From positions 72,902 through 136,901 of the forward strand of contig CALVDX010000002.1 in the NCBI GenBank assembly GCA_944326425.1: DNA of 64,000 bases, in the 5' to 3' direction. A model generated the notes under the pieces. The model searched no databases. It was given only the letters and a program-made list of their open reading frames with translations, and was not told the DNA's origin. Shown in pieces: positions 46,091 to 56,593 of this stretch. Position numbers and translations under genes: made by a program. Position 1 is the first letter of the stretch, and every line of letters begins with the position of its first letter. The DNA comes from Candidatus Gastranaerophilales bacterium. GTDB lineage: Bacteria > Cyanobacteriota > Vampirovibrionia > Gastranaerophilales > Gastranaerophilaceae.

Positions 46091-48178
46091 TTAAAGTTTT
46101 ACAAGCCCGACAGACTTTGCTTTAACGTTTTGTGTAATTTCATTATATGACATAATAGAAATTTGCGGGTAGGTTCTTTCAATGAGTCTTCTGAATGCAA
46201 GCCTGATTGGAGAAGAACAGAGTACAATCGGCTGGTTACCGGTTTGCGTAATAGCTTTTTCAAGTTCAACATTAAGCCTGTCAAGCAGCTTCCTTGTAAA
46301 ATCAGGGTCAAGCGTGAGACTCTGTCCGTCAGGACTGACACCTTTTGCAATCGTACTTTCAATATCCGGTGCAAGTGTGATTGCCAGTAATTCACCCGTA
46401 TCTGAAAGATTCTGACTGCAAATATTTCTTGCAAGCGCCTGCCGGACGTGTTCTGTAAGGAAATCAAGATTTTTACTTGTCTTAGAGTACAAACTCATCG
46501 TTTCTAAAATAGTTTTCATATCACGAACTGCAACTCCTTCTTTAAGAAGATTTTGCATAACCATTTGCACCTCTGCGACAGAAATATCTTTCATAACATC
46601 CGTTACATACTCCTCAGAAACCTCTTTCTTAAGATTTTCAAGCAGTTGTTGAACATCAGCCCGTGACAAGATTTCCGCAGCATTACGCTTGATAACTTCG
46701 GTTAAATGGGTTGAAATAACTGCAGAAGCACTTACAACCGTATAGCCTGCAAGCTCTGCCATATCTTTATCTTTTTCTTCAATCCAGAGAGCAGGAAGCC
46801 CGAATGCCGGTTCTATAGCATGAATACCGTTCAATACGAGGGTCTCGCGGGTTTCGCCGGCCGACATTGCAAGATATCTGTCTGAATATACTTCTCCCGT
46901 CTCTAAAGGTACACCTTTTAGTTTTATTTGATATGTATTTGGCGCAAGCTGCAAATTATCTCTTACCCTGATTGAAGGAAGTACAATACCCAAATCTAAC
47001 GCAGTCTGACGCCTGATTTGCGCAATACGTTCAAGCAAATCACCACCAAGCTCAATATTTAATAATGGCACAATTCGGTATCCGACTTCAATTTCAATAG
47101 TATCAACAGTAAGAAGTTCCATAATACTTTCTTTTGTGGCCTTTTTATCGCGTTTGCCAAGCTTTTTACGCGCATCCTCTTCTTTTTGAGCAGCTTCCTG
47201 AATTTCTTTTGATTGTTTTGTATCTTTTGACTTTTTGTATGCAAAATACCCTGTCAAAAATCCTATACCAAGGAATGGTACCGTAGGCATTCCGGGTACA
47301 AGCCCCATAAATCCTAAAAGTCCCGCGACAACACCAAGAATTTTAGGATCAGAAAACATCTCTGTCTTAATGTCCTCAGAGAGCGGTTCATCTTTACCGG
47401 TTGCTCTTGATACAATAAGACCCGTTGCCGTAGAAATTAAAAGCGCAGGGACTTGCGACACAAGCCCGTCGCCAACCGTCAATATTGTAAAAGTGTTAAG
47501 AGCCGTCTGGAACGGCATTTTTAACTGTATCATACCAATAATCAGGCCGCCAACAATATTTACAATCGTAATAATAATACCGGCAGTAGCATCACCTTTT
47601 ACAAACTTGGAAGCACCATCCATTGTCCCGTAGAAATCTGTTTCCCGTTCCAATTTACGCCGTCTTTCCTTGGCCTGATCCTCATTAATCAGTCCGGCAT
47701 TCAAGTCCGCATCAATACTTAACTGTTTACCGGGCATTTTGTCCAATGTAAACCTTGCAGATACTTCCGCAACTCTTGTTGCACCTCCGGTAATAACCAT
47801 AAAATTAATTAATACCAAAATGACGAAAATAACAAAACCAACAACATAATTCCCGCCGACAACAAATTCTCCAAACGACTGAATTACATTTCCGGCCTCG
47901 CCATGCAGGAGAATCAGCCTTGTAGAACTAACGTTCAAACCAAGCCTGAACAGCGTTGCAATAAGAAGCACCGTAGGGAATGATGAATAATCAAGCGGTT
48001 CTTTTGTATACAAACACACAAGAAGGATAACCACTGCAAGTGATATGTTAATTGTTAACAATATATCTAAAAGCGGAGCAGGAAGAGGTATAACCATCAT
48101 GCACACAATAACAACCAGACCTATTGCAAGGACTATGTCATTATTAGCAAGCAATGATGACAGCTTTTTCATATCCAT
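46091..48178 (-). CDS. flhA: Flagellar biosynthesis protein FlhA
   Basis: Typical N-terminal TM domain, FHIPEP region and C-terminal cytoplasmic domain. Confidence 0.95.
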   Translation of the reverse strand: MDMKKLSSLLANNDIVLAIGLVVIVCMMVIPLPAPLLDILLTINISLAVVILLVCLYTKEPLDYSSFPTVLLIATLFRLGLNVSSTRLILLHGEAGNVIQSFGEFVVGGNYVVGFVIFVILVLINFMVITGGATRVAEVSARFTLDKMPGKQLSIDADLNAGLINEDQAKERRRKLERETDFYGTMDGASKFVKGDATAGIIITIVNIVGGLIIGMIQLKMPFQTALNTFTILTVGDGLVSQVPALLISTATGLIVSRATGKDEPLSEDIKTEMFSDPKILGVVAGLLGFMGLVPGMPTVPFLGIGFLTGYFAYKKSKDTKQSKEIQEAAQKEEDARKKLGKRDKKATKESIMELLTVDTIEIEVGYRIVPLLNIELGGDLLERIAQIRRQTALDLGIVLPSIRVRDNLQLAPNTYQIKLKGVPLETGEVYSDRYLAMSAGETRETLVLNGIHAIEPAFGLPALWIEEKDKDMAELAGYTVVSASAVISTHLTEVIKRNAAEILSRADVQQLLENLKKEVSEEYVTDVMKDISVAEVQMVMQNLLKEGVAVRDMKTILETMSLYSKTSKNLDFLTEHVRQALARNICSQNLSDTGELLAITLAPDIESTIAKGVSPDGQSLTLDPDFTRKLLDRLNVELEKAITQTGNQPIVLCSSPIRLAFRRLIERTYPQISIMSYNEITQNVKAKSVGLVKL

Positions 48179-49260
48179 TAGTTTTTCTTCCTCCTGCTGT
48201 ATACGTAAGCAAGAATTTCCGCAACAGCAACATACAAGTCTGATGGTATTATACCATCAATTGGCACAGAATTGTAGAGGGCGCGTGCAACCGGACGGTT
48301 TTCAACTATAGGAACATTATGCTGTTTTGCTATCTCACGTATCTGAAACGCAACATAATCAACACCTTTAGCCACCACCATAGGAGCCGGAGCCCGTGTT
48401 TTATCATACACAATTGCAACCGCATAATGTGTAGGATTTGTTACAACTACATCGGCATTAGGAACCTGCGCCATCATACGACGTTTTGCCATCTGCATCT
48501 GGGTAGAACGAATACGGGATTTGATTTTAGGATCCCCTTCCGTATCTTTCAACTCGTCCTTTACCTCCTGTTTTGTCATTTTTATTGATTTTTCATACTC
48601 ATAATCCTGATATTTTTTATCAAGGAAACCTAATATAATCATTGCAATGCACATATTAATAAGCATCTTAAACATTATTGCGCCAATAACATCAAACGAG
48701 GCAGCAAGCGGCTGGCCAATCATTCCATAGATCTTATCAATATCATTCATCAGGGTTACAAGTCCGCATACTGTTACTATTACGAGCTTTAAAATAGATT
48801 TTGCAAACTCAACCATGGTTCTTGGTTCAAATGGGTTAAAAAGTCGCTTGGCATTATTTATAATCCTTCTGGGGGATAAATTTTCCGGATCAAATTTTGC
48901 TCTGCCGGGTGCGAAAACATGACCAACTTCCATTCTTATAATGACAACAGCAGCAACCATAAGCAATACTAAAAGCGGAATAATAATCGATCCAGCCGTC
49001 TGGGCATAGGGCAAAAGCATTGCGAGTAAGTCATCCGTATTCATTTCGTCAGGATGAATATGTGTCAGGGCAAGCCTTATCATTTCTTCAACGCTGGTAA
49101 GAATTGGATTTGCAAAAACACTTAACAAAACAACTGCAATAGTAACAACAAAGGCAGAAGCCATATCCCTGCTTTTGGATACGTTACCTTTTTCCCGTTC
49201 TTTATTTCGCCGCCGCGGGGTGGCGGATTCTGTTCTTTCTGCTGCCTGTTCGTTTGCCAT
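48178..49260 (-). CDS. flhB: Flagellar biosynthesis protein FlhB
   Basis: NPTH autocleavage motif (VVVTNPTHYAVA). Confidence 0.95.
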   Translation of the reverse strand: MANEQAAERTESATPRRRNKEREKGNVSKSRDMASAFVVTIAVVLLSVFANPILTSVEEMIRLALTHIHPDEMNTDDLLAMLLPYAQTAGSIIIPLLVLLMVAAVVIIRMEVGHVFAPGRAKFDPENLSPRRIINNAKRLFNPFEPRTMVEFAKSILKLVIVTVCGLVTLMNDIDKIYGMIGQPLAASFDVIGAIMFKMLINMCIAMIILGFLDKKYQDYEYEKSIKMTKQEVKDELKDTEGDPKIKSRIRSTQMQMAKRRMMAQVPNADVVVTNPTHYAVAIVYDKTRAPAPMVVAKGVDYVAFQIREIAKQHNVPIVENRPVARALYNSVPIDGIIPSDLYVAVAEILAYVYSRRKKN

Positions 49261-49263
49261 ACC

Positions 49264-50043
49264 CTAAAATACCGCCATTACCTGTGACAAAATACGTTCT
49301 GTAATCACTTCTATATGTTCCGAAATTGCACGTACAAACATCAATGATAAAAGCATTCCTAAATAAAGTTTAAGCGGAAGAGAGACCATAAAAATGTTCA
49401 ACTGCGGCATCATTTTTGAAGTGAAGCCAAGCAGCACATCCGTCATAAACAGAATTGCAAAAATCGGAATTATAAGCTCCATACCAACAGAAAATATCTG
49501 GGAGGAAATAACAATTATTTGCTCTACCATTTGCGGGGAAAAATCGAACGTAAACCCGACCGGCAAAGAAATAAAACTGTGATAAAGTGCCGAAAATAGT
49601 AAATGATGCCCGTTAACACACAAAAAAATCATGCCGGCAAGCAACACAAATGATTGTGTCAACACCGGTGAAGCACTGCCGGATAGCGGATCTAGCGCAC
49701 TGCTTACAGAGAGCCCCATTTGAGTTGAGAACATATTTGCACCCATTTCAACACCTACAAGAATTACATTTGCACAATATCCGATTGCAAACCCTATTAG
49801 GAATTCTTTTATCAGAATAAGTGTAAGCTCCGGAACTGCAGTAGGAATAACAAACCCGCTTGCGGCTTTAACCATCGGAAATAAAACAAAAGCCACAGCT
49901 GCAGCAAACCAGACCTTAACCTGTGCAGGAATAGGATAAGTTGAAAAAAACGGCGCAGAAGACAAAAGTCCTGACAGGCGCGTTAATATTGCCATAAACA
50001 GAATTAAATTTGTCGGTGTTAGTATTGTTCCTAAATTATACAT
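49264..50043 (-). CDS. fliR: Flagellar biosynthesis protein FliR
   Basis: Position and polytopic profile within fliPQR-flhBA. Confidence 0.85.
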   Translation of the reverse strand: MYNLGTILTPTNLILFMAILTRLSGLLSSAPFFSTYPIPAQVKVWFAAAVAFVLFPMVKAASGFVIPTAVPELTLILIKEFLIGFAIGYCANVILVGVEMGANMFSTQMGLSVSSALDPLSGSASPVLTQSFVLLAGMIFLCVNGHHLLFSALYHSFISLPVGFTFDFSPQMVEQIIVISSQIFSVGMELIIPIFAILFMTDVLLGFTSKMMPQLNIFMVSLPLKLYLGMLLSLMFVRAISEHIEVITERILSQVMAVF

Positions 50044-50321
50044 TAAACTCCGCCTGCCGTTAGTTGTGGAATTACATCCATAAATTCATTCACATAAGAT
50101 ATAAAAAGATTAACCATCCATGGCATAAGAACTATTAAAATAGCTATACCGCCGATTATTTTAGGAACAAACGTTAAGGTTGATTCCTGAATTTGTGTTA
50201 CTGTTTGAAAAACACTTATCGCAAGCCCTATTACAACCCCCGATAAAAGAATCGGAACTGAAATTTCTAAGGTTAGAACAAACATCTTCTGCATTAAAGT
50301 AATAATAACTTCCTGTTCCAT
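50043..50321 (-). CDS. fliQ: Flagellar biosynthesis protein FliQ
   Basis: An ~90-aa two-TM protein at the typical position. Confidence 0.85.
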   Translation of the reverse strand: MEQEVIITLMQKMFVLTLEISVPILLSGVVIGLAISVFQTVTQIQESTLTFVPKIIGGIAILIVLMPWMVNLFISYVNEFMDVIPQLTAGGV

Positions 50322-50323
50322 AT

Positions 50324-51082
50324 CTACCTCGCAAACCCTTCAACCAACGACTTAACAAGCAGATACCACCCGTCTACCATAACAAACATAATCAGTTTAA
50401 AAGGAAGAGCAATCATTGTTGGCGGCAGGAACATCATACCCATTGCAACCAGAATACTTGATACAACTATATCAATAACCAAAAACGGAAGATAAATAAC
50501 AAATCCGATAGTAAAAGCTATTTTTAATTCACTTAAAATGAATGCCGGAATAAGTACATAAGTCGGAATATCGTTTGTATCCTTAGGTTTTTCAAGCTTT
50601 GCCATCCTGACAAACAGGGCAAGCTCTTTATCGCTGGTCTGTTTAAACATAAAATCACGAACAGGCTGAATTCCCCTGTCAAGCGCCGCCTGCTGCGTAA
50701 TCTGGTTTTGCATATACGGTTGAAGTGCTTCATTATTAATCTTAGTAAAAACCGGCGACATTATGAAAAAAGTTAAAATTATCGCAAGGCTTGTCAAAAC
50801 CTGGTTAGGCGGAAGCGTTGTTACCCCGAGCGCCTGCCTTAAAAGGGAAAGAACTATTACAATCCGTACAAAAGATGTCGTCATAATAAGAATACTCGGC
50901 GCAAGCGATAATATTGTCAACCAGATAAGGATTTGCATCCCGTTTGTAAAATCCTGCGGAGTATTTGCCGGCTGCATACCGATATTTATATTCGGGAACG
51001 ACATTGCGCAAAACGACGGCAAAGCGCCAAGCGCAATAATCCCGATAGCCAGCATTATCTTTTTCAATATACCAAACTTCAT
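50324..51082 (-). CDS. fliP: Flagellar biosynthesis protein FliP
   Basis: SFVRIVIVLSLLRQALG and the following conserved regions. Confidence 0.9.
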   Translation of the reverse strand: MKFGILKKIMLAIGIIALGALPSFCAMSFPNINIGMQPANTPQDFTNGMQILIWLTILSLAPSILIMTTSFVRIVIVLSLLRQALGVTTLPPNQVLTSLAIILTFFIMSPVFTKINNEALQPYMQNQITQQAALDRGIQPVRDFMFKQTSDKELALFVRMAKLEKPKDTNDIPTYVLIPAFILSELKIAFTIGFVIYLPFLVIDIVVSSILVAMGMMFLPPTMIALPFKLIMFVMVDGWYLLVKSLVEGFAR

Positions 51083-51255
51083 TTTATCTCCTCAAAAAAG
51101 GGCACATATTCCCACTGTTATTTTAACTTAAGGGGAAAAAAATTGCCAATTCTTTAAGAAAGTTTATATAGGGGTAAATAAGAGGGAGTATACAAACAAA
51201 TGCCGAAGTTTACAAAAATCACCAGAAACCCAATACAATATTTGAGCCTGCAAAT

Positions 51256-51684
51256 TTACCTCTTTAGCCCTTTATTCATTTTTCCCTGATTTGCCCTGTC
51301 ATTTTTGAGCCAATTTACAGTATATGCACATAGAACAGAAAAAATTGCAACACCTGCAGCCGGAAGAGAGTATTTTTTCAAACCGCCCAAAAAGTTTTTG
51401 GAATTACCGGCAAGCGTTTCGGCACCTGCAGCGGCACCAAGCCCTAACACAGACAAAATACCGATATTTTCGCCCCTGTCATTGAATGTAAGATTGTTTT
51501 TAGGTTCTTTTACAAAAACATCATCTATACCTGAGGCATGCAACACCACACTCATAGCGCCCAAGCTAACTGCAAAAGGCAGCGCTTTCTTTGCTATAGC
51601 GCTTTTTCCAAGCCCTTTATTTTCCGCTTTGATTGAAGAATATCCGAGAGGATAAAGCGCCCCGCCGATTATTTCGCCCGACAA
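51256..51684 (-). CDS. Gly/Ala-rich small membrane protein
   Basis: ORF with a TTG start and glycine-zipper-like segments. Confidence 0.35.
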   Translation of the reverse strand: MSGEIIGGALYPLGYSSIKAENKGLGKSAIAKKALPFAVSLGAMSVVLHASGIDDVFVKEPKNNLTFNDRGENIGILSVLGLGAAAGAETLAGNSKNFLGGLKKYSLPAAGVAIFSVLCAYTVNWLKNDRANQGKMNKGLKR

Positions 51685-51786
51685 AACAGAACTTGCAAAA
51701 CCCCTTAATTGGGTATTGTTATTTTTATTATCTGATTGAAATGTTTTGTTTATACCTATTTACCAAATATTCATAATACCATATTT

Positions 51787-52173
51787 TTAAGCAATTATTT
51801 TTGTTTCCGTACTCTGATTTTTATTCTTTTTGTCTTTTATCGCGCCGATTGCGGATTTAATTATTTCAATCGCACCAACAGTACCCAGCGCCCAACCCCC
51901 GCTTTTTGTTATAACATTCTTTAAATCTTTTCCTTTATTTATGGCAGCGCCGCCACCCGTCGAAACAAGAAATACTATCGAACCAAAGATTAACGACGCA
52001 AAACCGTTGGTTTGTTTGTCACCCTCCGGTTTATTTAATGATTTAACCTCCTGTTTTTCTTCCGATGATTTGTATTTATCATAAATAGGGGCATTCCAGT
52101 CATTCAGCCAGTAATGCAGCAGACCTACACTTGTACCTGCAATCAATGCCTCTTTTGTTGACCGCCCAGACAT
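51787..52173 (-). CDS. Gly-rich small membrane protein
   Basis: ORF with a start region similar to its neighbour (xSG...). Confidence 0.35.
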   Translation of the reverse strand: MSGRSTKEALIAGTSVGLLHYWLNDWNAPIYDKYKSSEEKQEVKSLNKPEGDKQTNGFASLIFGSIVFLVSTGGGAAINKGKDLKNVITKSGGWALGTVGAIEIIKSAIGAIKDKKNKNQSTETKIIA

Positions 52174-52312
52174 GCAAACAAACCGAGCCCCGCTCCCATG
52201 CCCGCGCTTTCTATTATTTTTCGTCTTTACAGCTCAGACCGTCCTGAAGGGGTATCATTTTGTGCCATAAATGTTTTATTGTTTATAGATGAGATTTTAT
52301 TTAATATTATAC

Positions 52313-52678
52313 TTAACCTTTATTATAGATTTCATGTAAGCGTTTAGCATTGGTAGCATAAATTGATGCTATGAAATCATTCTCATTCTTTGCGTGAGTC
52401 TTAAGCCAGATAGTATTTACAGGGCGTTTACCGGAAATAATGTTTTTGATAATAATAAACGGATTAACAGGCCTGATATTTTCCAACTTCAACGCCATAC
52501 GCGGCTTACCTGTGCTGGTGCTCAAAATTGAACCTTGCGAAACCTCTGCATTGAAATCTCTGCCAAATCTTTTTAAAACATCTGACTTAGAAACGGCATC
52601 GTACACTTCTTTTGATATTGAACCTTTTACAGGTTTTATTGCACCAAAATTATCGTTACTTAAGGGTTGTACTTTCAT
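52313..52678 (-). CDS. Small hypothetical protein, paralog of the proteins at 57711 and 58212 (N-terminal motif family)
   Basis: The start MKVQPLSNDNFGAIK is preceded by GGAAGGAAG. It shares MALKLEN with YMLRLEN and IGFNLKN in the paralogs. Confidence 0.5.
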   Translation of the reverse strand: MKVQPLSNDNFGAIKPVKGSISKEVYDAVSKSDVLKRFGRDFNAEVSQGSILSTSTGKPRMALKLENIRPVNPFIIIKNIISGKRPVNTIWLKTHAKNENDFIASIYATNAKRLHEIYNKG

Positions 52679-52783
52679 ATTTGCTTCCTTCCATATCGGG
52701 ATAAACTGTTTACATGGTAGAACAAAAAACTTTAGAAACAACCCCATGTAAAGAAATGATACAGGACAAATACCATACTATAA

Positions 52784-53830
52784 TTATTCGCCCCGGTTAT
52801 TATACCTAAAACCCTTTGACACTATTATCTCACGCCCGATTTTAGCAAGCGAATTTTTCAGCGCCGCAAGACTCTCTTCCAGCCCTTCATTTACCCCCGC
52901 TTTATCCGGATAAATACTGTAATCTTTTTTTTGTTCAGAATTTTCGACCGCATTAAGCATAACAACATTTGCCCCTGCAGAGAGTACCAGAAGCCTGCCG
53001 TTTGGTCTGAGTGTTTCCATCGCTGTAGTTGCAGGAATATTTATATCCGGCAGAAGCAGTCTGGTTACAGCAACCGCATTAAGTGCAAGGTCAAAATTTC
53101 CTGCAGCAGTGCAGCCCAACGGTGTATCCGGGTGGGGAATAAAAACACCCAGCCCTATCATATCAGCATCAATCTTTTTAAAAAATAAAATATCTTCTGC
53201 AATCATTTCTGCTGTTTGTCCTTCAAGCCCGATAAGAGAACCTGTACCGACTTCATACCCGAGTGTCCGCAAATCTTCAAGACAGCGCAATCTGTTTTCA
53301 AAACTCATTTTGGGATGATATTTTTGATACAATTCTTTGTTTGTAGTTTCAATTCTTAATAAATACCTGTCCGCTCCCGCTGATTTAAGGCTTTTGTATT
53401 CTTTATAAGTTTTCTCTCCGATACTTAATGTTACTGCTGCGTCTTTTTTCTTAATACGTTCAACAATCCTGCAAAGTTCATCCATTACAAAAGCACAGTC
53501 CTCACCGGATTGTAATACTATTGTTCTTAACCCTTTGTCAATTGCCGCATAAGCAGTATTAACTATCTCGTCAGGGCTCATTCTATACCGCTGCACATTA
53601 TTATTTTCAGCCCTCAAACCGCAGTAGTAACATGTTCTTGTACAATAATTTGAAAACTCAATCAGGGCACGAATATAAATCCCGTCACCTGCATACTTTT
53701 TTCTGACTCCATCTGCTGCCCTGATAAGTTCATCACCGCCGGATTGAAGAAGTGTAATTATTTCTTCTTTATCAAGCGAATGCTTTTCTTCTGCCTTATT
53801 TAAGATATCTTTTACGGAATTTTCTTTCAT
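52784..53830 (-). CDS. hydE: Radical SAM enzyme, HydE-like ([FeFe]-hydrogenase maturase / BioB family)
   Basis: IEFSNYCTRTCYYCGLRAEN (CX3CX2C) and a length of ~348 aa. Confidence 0.65.
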   Translation of the reverse strand: MKENSVKDILNKAEEKHSLDKEEIITLLQSGGDELIRAADGVRKKYAGDGIYIRALIEFSNYCTRTCYYCGLRAENNNVQRYRMSPDEIVNTAYAAIDKGLRTIVLQSGEDCAFVMDELCRIVERIKKKDAAVTLSIGEKTYKEYKSLKSAGADRYLLRIETTNKELYQKYHPKMSFENRLRCLEDLRTLGYEVGTGSLIGLEGQTAEMIAEDILFFKKIDADMIGLGVFIPHPDTPLGCTAAGNFDLALNAVAVTRLLLPDINIPATTAMETLRPNGRLLVLSAGANVVMLNAVENSEQKKDYSIYPDKAGVNEGLEESLAALKNSLAKIGREIIVSKGFRYNNRGE

Positions 53831-53898
53831 TTATTAGCCTTATTATTATTTTTATAGTATAACAGAAATTGGTACTAAACCATACGAGGTAGCATAAA

Positions 53899-54816
53899 AT
53901 GGTTGCACAAGCCGAACTTATAAAACAAATAAAAGACTTGAAACAAAAAAAGAATGCAGTAATTCTTGCACACTGCTATCAAAACGTAGAGATTGACGAA
54001 GTTGCAGACTTTGTAGGCGACTCTCTGTATCTATCGCGCCAGGCAGCCAATACCAACGCCGATATAATTGTATTTGCAGGCGTTTATTTTATGGCAGAAA
54101 CCGCCAAAATTCTCTCACCGGATAAAAAAGTTCTGCTCCCGCGAAAAGAATCCGGCTGTCTTATGGCCAATATGATTAACCTGAAACAGATTAGAGAATT
54201 TAAATCTCAAAATCCGGATATACCTGTAGTCTGTTACGTAAATTCAACCGCAGAAGTAAAATCAGAGTGCGATATTTGCTGTACAAGTGCAAATGCTGTT
54301 GATATAGTACGTTCACTTAACAGTAAAAAAGTTTTATTTGTTCCGGATATGCATCTCGGGGAATATGTTGGCTCGAAACTTCCTGATATAGAAGTTATTA
54401 CTTACCCCGGTTATTGCCCGACACACGTTCGGATTTTACCCGAAGATGTACTGAAACAAAAAGAACTGTATCCGGAGGCAAAAATTTTATGCCATCCGGA
54501 ATGCAGTAAAGAAGTTGTTGAACTTGCAGATGTTGTAGGCTCAACAACAGCCATTATGAAATATGCTAAAGAAAGTAAAGACACGGACTTTATTATTGTT
54601 ACCGAACTCGGAGTTGTGGATCGGTTAAAACGTGACTATCCGGACAAAAACTTTATCCATGTCTCTTTTAAGGCAGTATGTCCTAATATGAAATGGAACC
54701 ACCTTGAAGATATTTATAATGTGCTGTTAAATGAGAATAATGAAATTGACGTTAATCCGGAATACGCCCAAAAATCTCTTGCAATGATAGAGCGTATGCT
54801 TACGGTTAAAGTTTAA
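53899..54816 (+). CDS. nadA: Quinolinate synthase
   Basis: ILAHCYQ..., DFVGDSL and FMAETAKIL motifs. Confidence 0.9.
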   Translation: MVAQAELIKQIKDLKQKKNAVILAHCYQNVEIDEVADFVGDSLYLSRQAANTNADIIVFAGVYFMAETAKILSPDKKVLLPRKESGCLMANMINLKQIREFKSQNPDIPVVCYVNSTAEVKSECDICCTSANAVDIVRSLNSKKVLFVPDMHLGEYVGSKLPDIEVITYPGYCPTHVRILPEDVLKQKELYPEAKILCHPECSKEVVELADVVGSTTAIMKYAKESKDTDFIIVTELGVVDRLKRDYPDKNFIHVSFKAVCPNMKWNHLEDIYNVLLNENNEIDVNPEYAQKSLAMIERMLTVKV

Positions 54817-55094
54817 TTTTCATCATCAGATTGATAAGTAAAAACAGAGAGCAGATAATCATTAAATCCGCAGACTTTTTGATATCCACCGCTTGCAAGT
54901 TCATAAATAACATTGCATCTTGCTGTTAGCTCAGAACAGGTATCATCGGAATAAACACTGTTTTTTAAAGATAATATCTCTTCCTTTAATGATAAAGCAT
55001 TCTGCTCAATCAATTCATAATTAGTATTGAGAGCCAGTGAGCCGTCATCCATACCATTCCAAATTTCATAAGGTACATTAATTAAATTTTTCAT
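54813..55094 (-). CDS. Hypothetical 93-aa protein
   Basis: ORF only. Confidence 0.35.
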   Translation of the reverse strand: MKNLINVPYEIWNGMDDGSLALNTNYELIEQNALSLKEEILSLKNSVYSDDTCSELTARCNVIYELASGGYQKVCGFNDYLLSVFTYQSDDEN

Positions 55095-55223
55095 ATATAT
55101 TCCATCCTTTCAGGATTTATTATATACTAATTCAATTATTTTGTAAATATATTAAATTATTCAAATACAAAATTAACAGGCACATCTGCCGGCCCCATAA
55201 AATATACAGTTATTTAGGCAGGA

Positions 55224-56282
55224 TTATACGCTTTCGAGCAACTTTACAAATCTATCTACAAAATTTTCCTGAAACAAATTATTAACAGAAATTACCGAAT
55301 TCTCACACATTTTTAAATAATCTAAATACACTGTATCAAGAATATTAAACATGGCATCTGCCAGTTTCTGCGGGGAATTTCCTTTATAAATATAACCGTT
55401 ATACCCTTGTTTTATACAATCGGCAGCACCGCAATGCTCTGCGGTTATAACAGGACATCCCGTACCAAGCGCTTCCCCCGCAACCATGCCAAAGGGTTCA
55501 ATAATTGACGGCATTATTAACGCATCAATTGAATTATAAAACTTTCCCATATCCGCCTGAGCCGGAATAAATTCACAATAGTCCTCTATTCTATAGAGCT
55601 TAACCAGAAGTTTAACCGCCAAATTCACAGAAGAATAAATAAATTTTACTTTAAATTTTACGTTTTTCTTTTTCAACGCATTTATGGCTCCCAGTGCAAT
55701 ATACCCGCCTTTTCTGGCAAACCCGGGTGCAGATATTCCAAAAGTGAAAACCCTGTTTTTATATCTTTTAACCTGATATTTTTCAACCGGCGGCGGAATT
55801 ATAATCACCCGTTCCTTATCTACACTGTAATTCTCAACTATATCCTGCTCCAAAATTTTAGAAGAAACCACTACCTTTTTACACTTACAAATATTCTCTT
55901 TTACTTTAATAAATTCAATATACCGTTTTTTATGATGGGATATACAAAAGATTTTATACAGGAAAAACCTAAACGGAGTAAACATCATTTTTGCACGATA
56001 AGGGTAGCTATGATCATGAATATATGTTACATCTGATGGGACACAAGCCTTGTCTGATAAAACAAAATCATAGTTCTGTTTAAATTTTTCAAATTCATCA
56101 AAGGAAAAAACCTGATTAAATATTTGCGGATGAAGCATAGATATATTATCTGCAAACAAATCAATTTTATACCCGTGTTCCTGCAGCCCTTTACATAAAA
56201 TATAATTAAGCTTAACTCCGCCCGATACAAAATTATTATCCCTATAGATATTTGTAACAAATGCAAGCCGCTTCTTAGTCAT
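55224..56282 (-). CDS. GT4-family glycosyltransferase
   Basis: PSIIEPFGMVAGEALGTGCPVI (E-x7-E region). Confidence 0.8.
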   Translation of the reverse strand: MTKKRLAFVTNIYRDNNFVSGGVKLNYILCKGLQEHGYKIDLFADNISMLHPQIFNQVFSFDEFEKFKQNYDFVLSDKACVPSDVTYIHDHSYPYRAKMMFTPFRFFLYKIFCISHHKKRYIEFIKVKENICKCKKVVVSSKILEQDIVENYSVDKERVIIIPPPVEKYQVKRYKNRVFTFGISAPGFARKGGYIALGAINALKKKNVKFKVKFIYSSVNLAVKLLVKLYRIEDYCEFIPAQADMGKFYNSIDALIMPSIIEPFGMVAGEALGTGCPVITAEHCGAADCIKQGYNGYIYKGNSPQKLADAMFNILDTVYLDYLKMCENSVISVNNLFQENFVDRFVKLLESV

Positions 56283-56371
56283 TATACCCCCTTAATAATT
56301 TATAAGTTATATTTTACAACTTATAACATGGTTATATTTATAAATCAATGTTTATAAACTTATTAATTATG

Positions 56372-56593
56372 GACAAGAAAACTCTTTTAAAAAGATTTGG
56401 GAAAAATGTCAAAATAGAACGCATTAAACAAGATTTAACCCAGGAAAAACTGGCAGAGATAATGAACGTTTCACAAAATTACGTTGCCAACATTGAAGGC
56501 GGCAAAGCTAATATGTCGCTCGGTAAGGTTTTGGAACTGGCAAATTACTTAAACATTGATATAAGCGTACTGCTTAATTTTAATCAGCCATAA
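56372..56593 (+). CDS. XRE-family helix-turn-helix regulator
   Basis: LTQEKLAEIMNVSQNYVANIEGG. Confidence 0.75.
   Translation, partial: DKKTLLKRFGKNVKIERIKQDLTQEKLAEIMNVSQNYVANIEGGKANMSLGKVLELANYLNIDISVLLNFNQP

Noticed and set aside
51685-52260. A possible shared frameshift at the 5' ends of the two Gly-rich membrane genes. Short hydrophobic frames GVLQVLFCRAK and MGAGLGLFACLGGQQKRH overlap the annotated starts.
   Set aside because: The upstream frames are very short and bounded by stops. Similarity between the two loci is weak, and a programmed shift site cannot be argued from two sequences. The observation is noted only.
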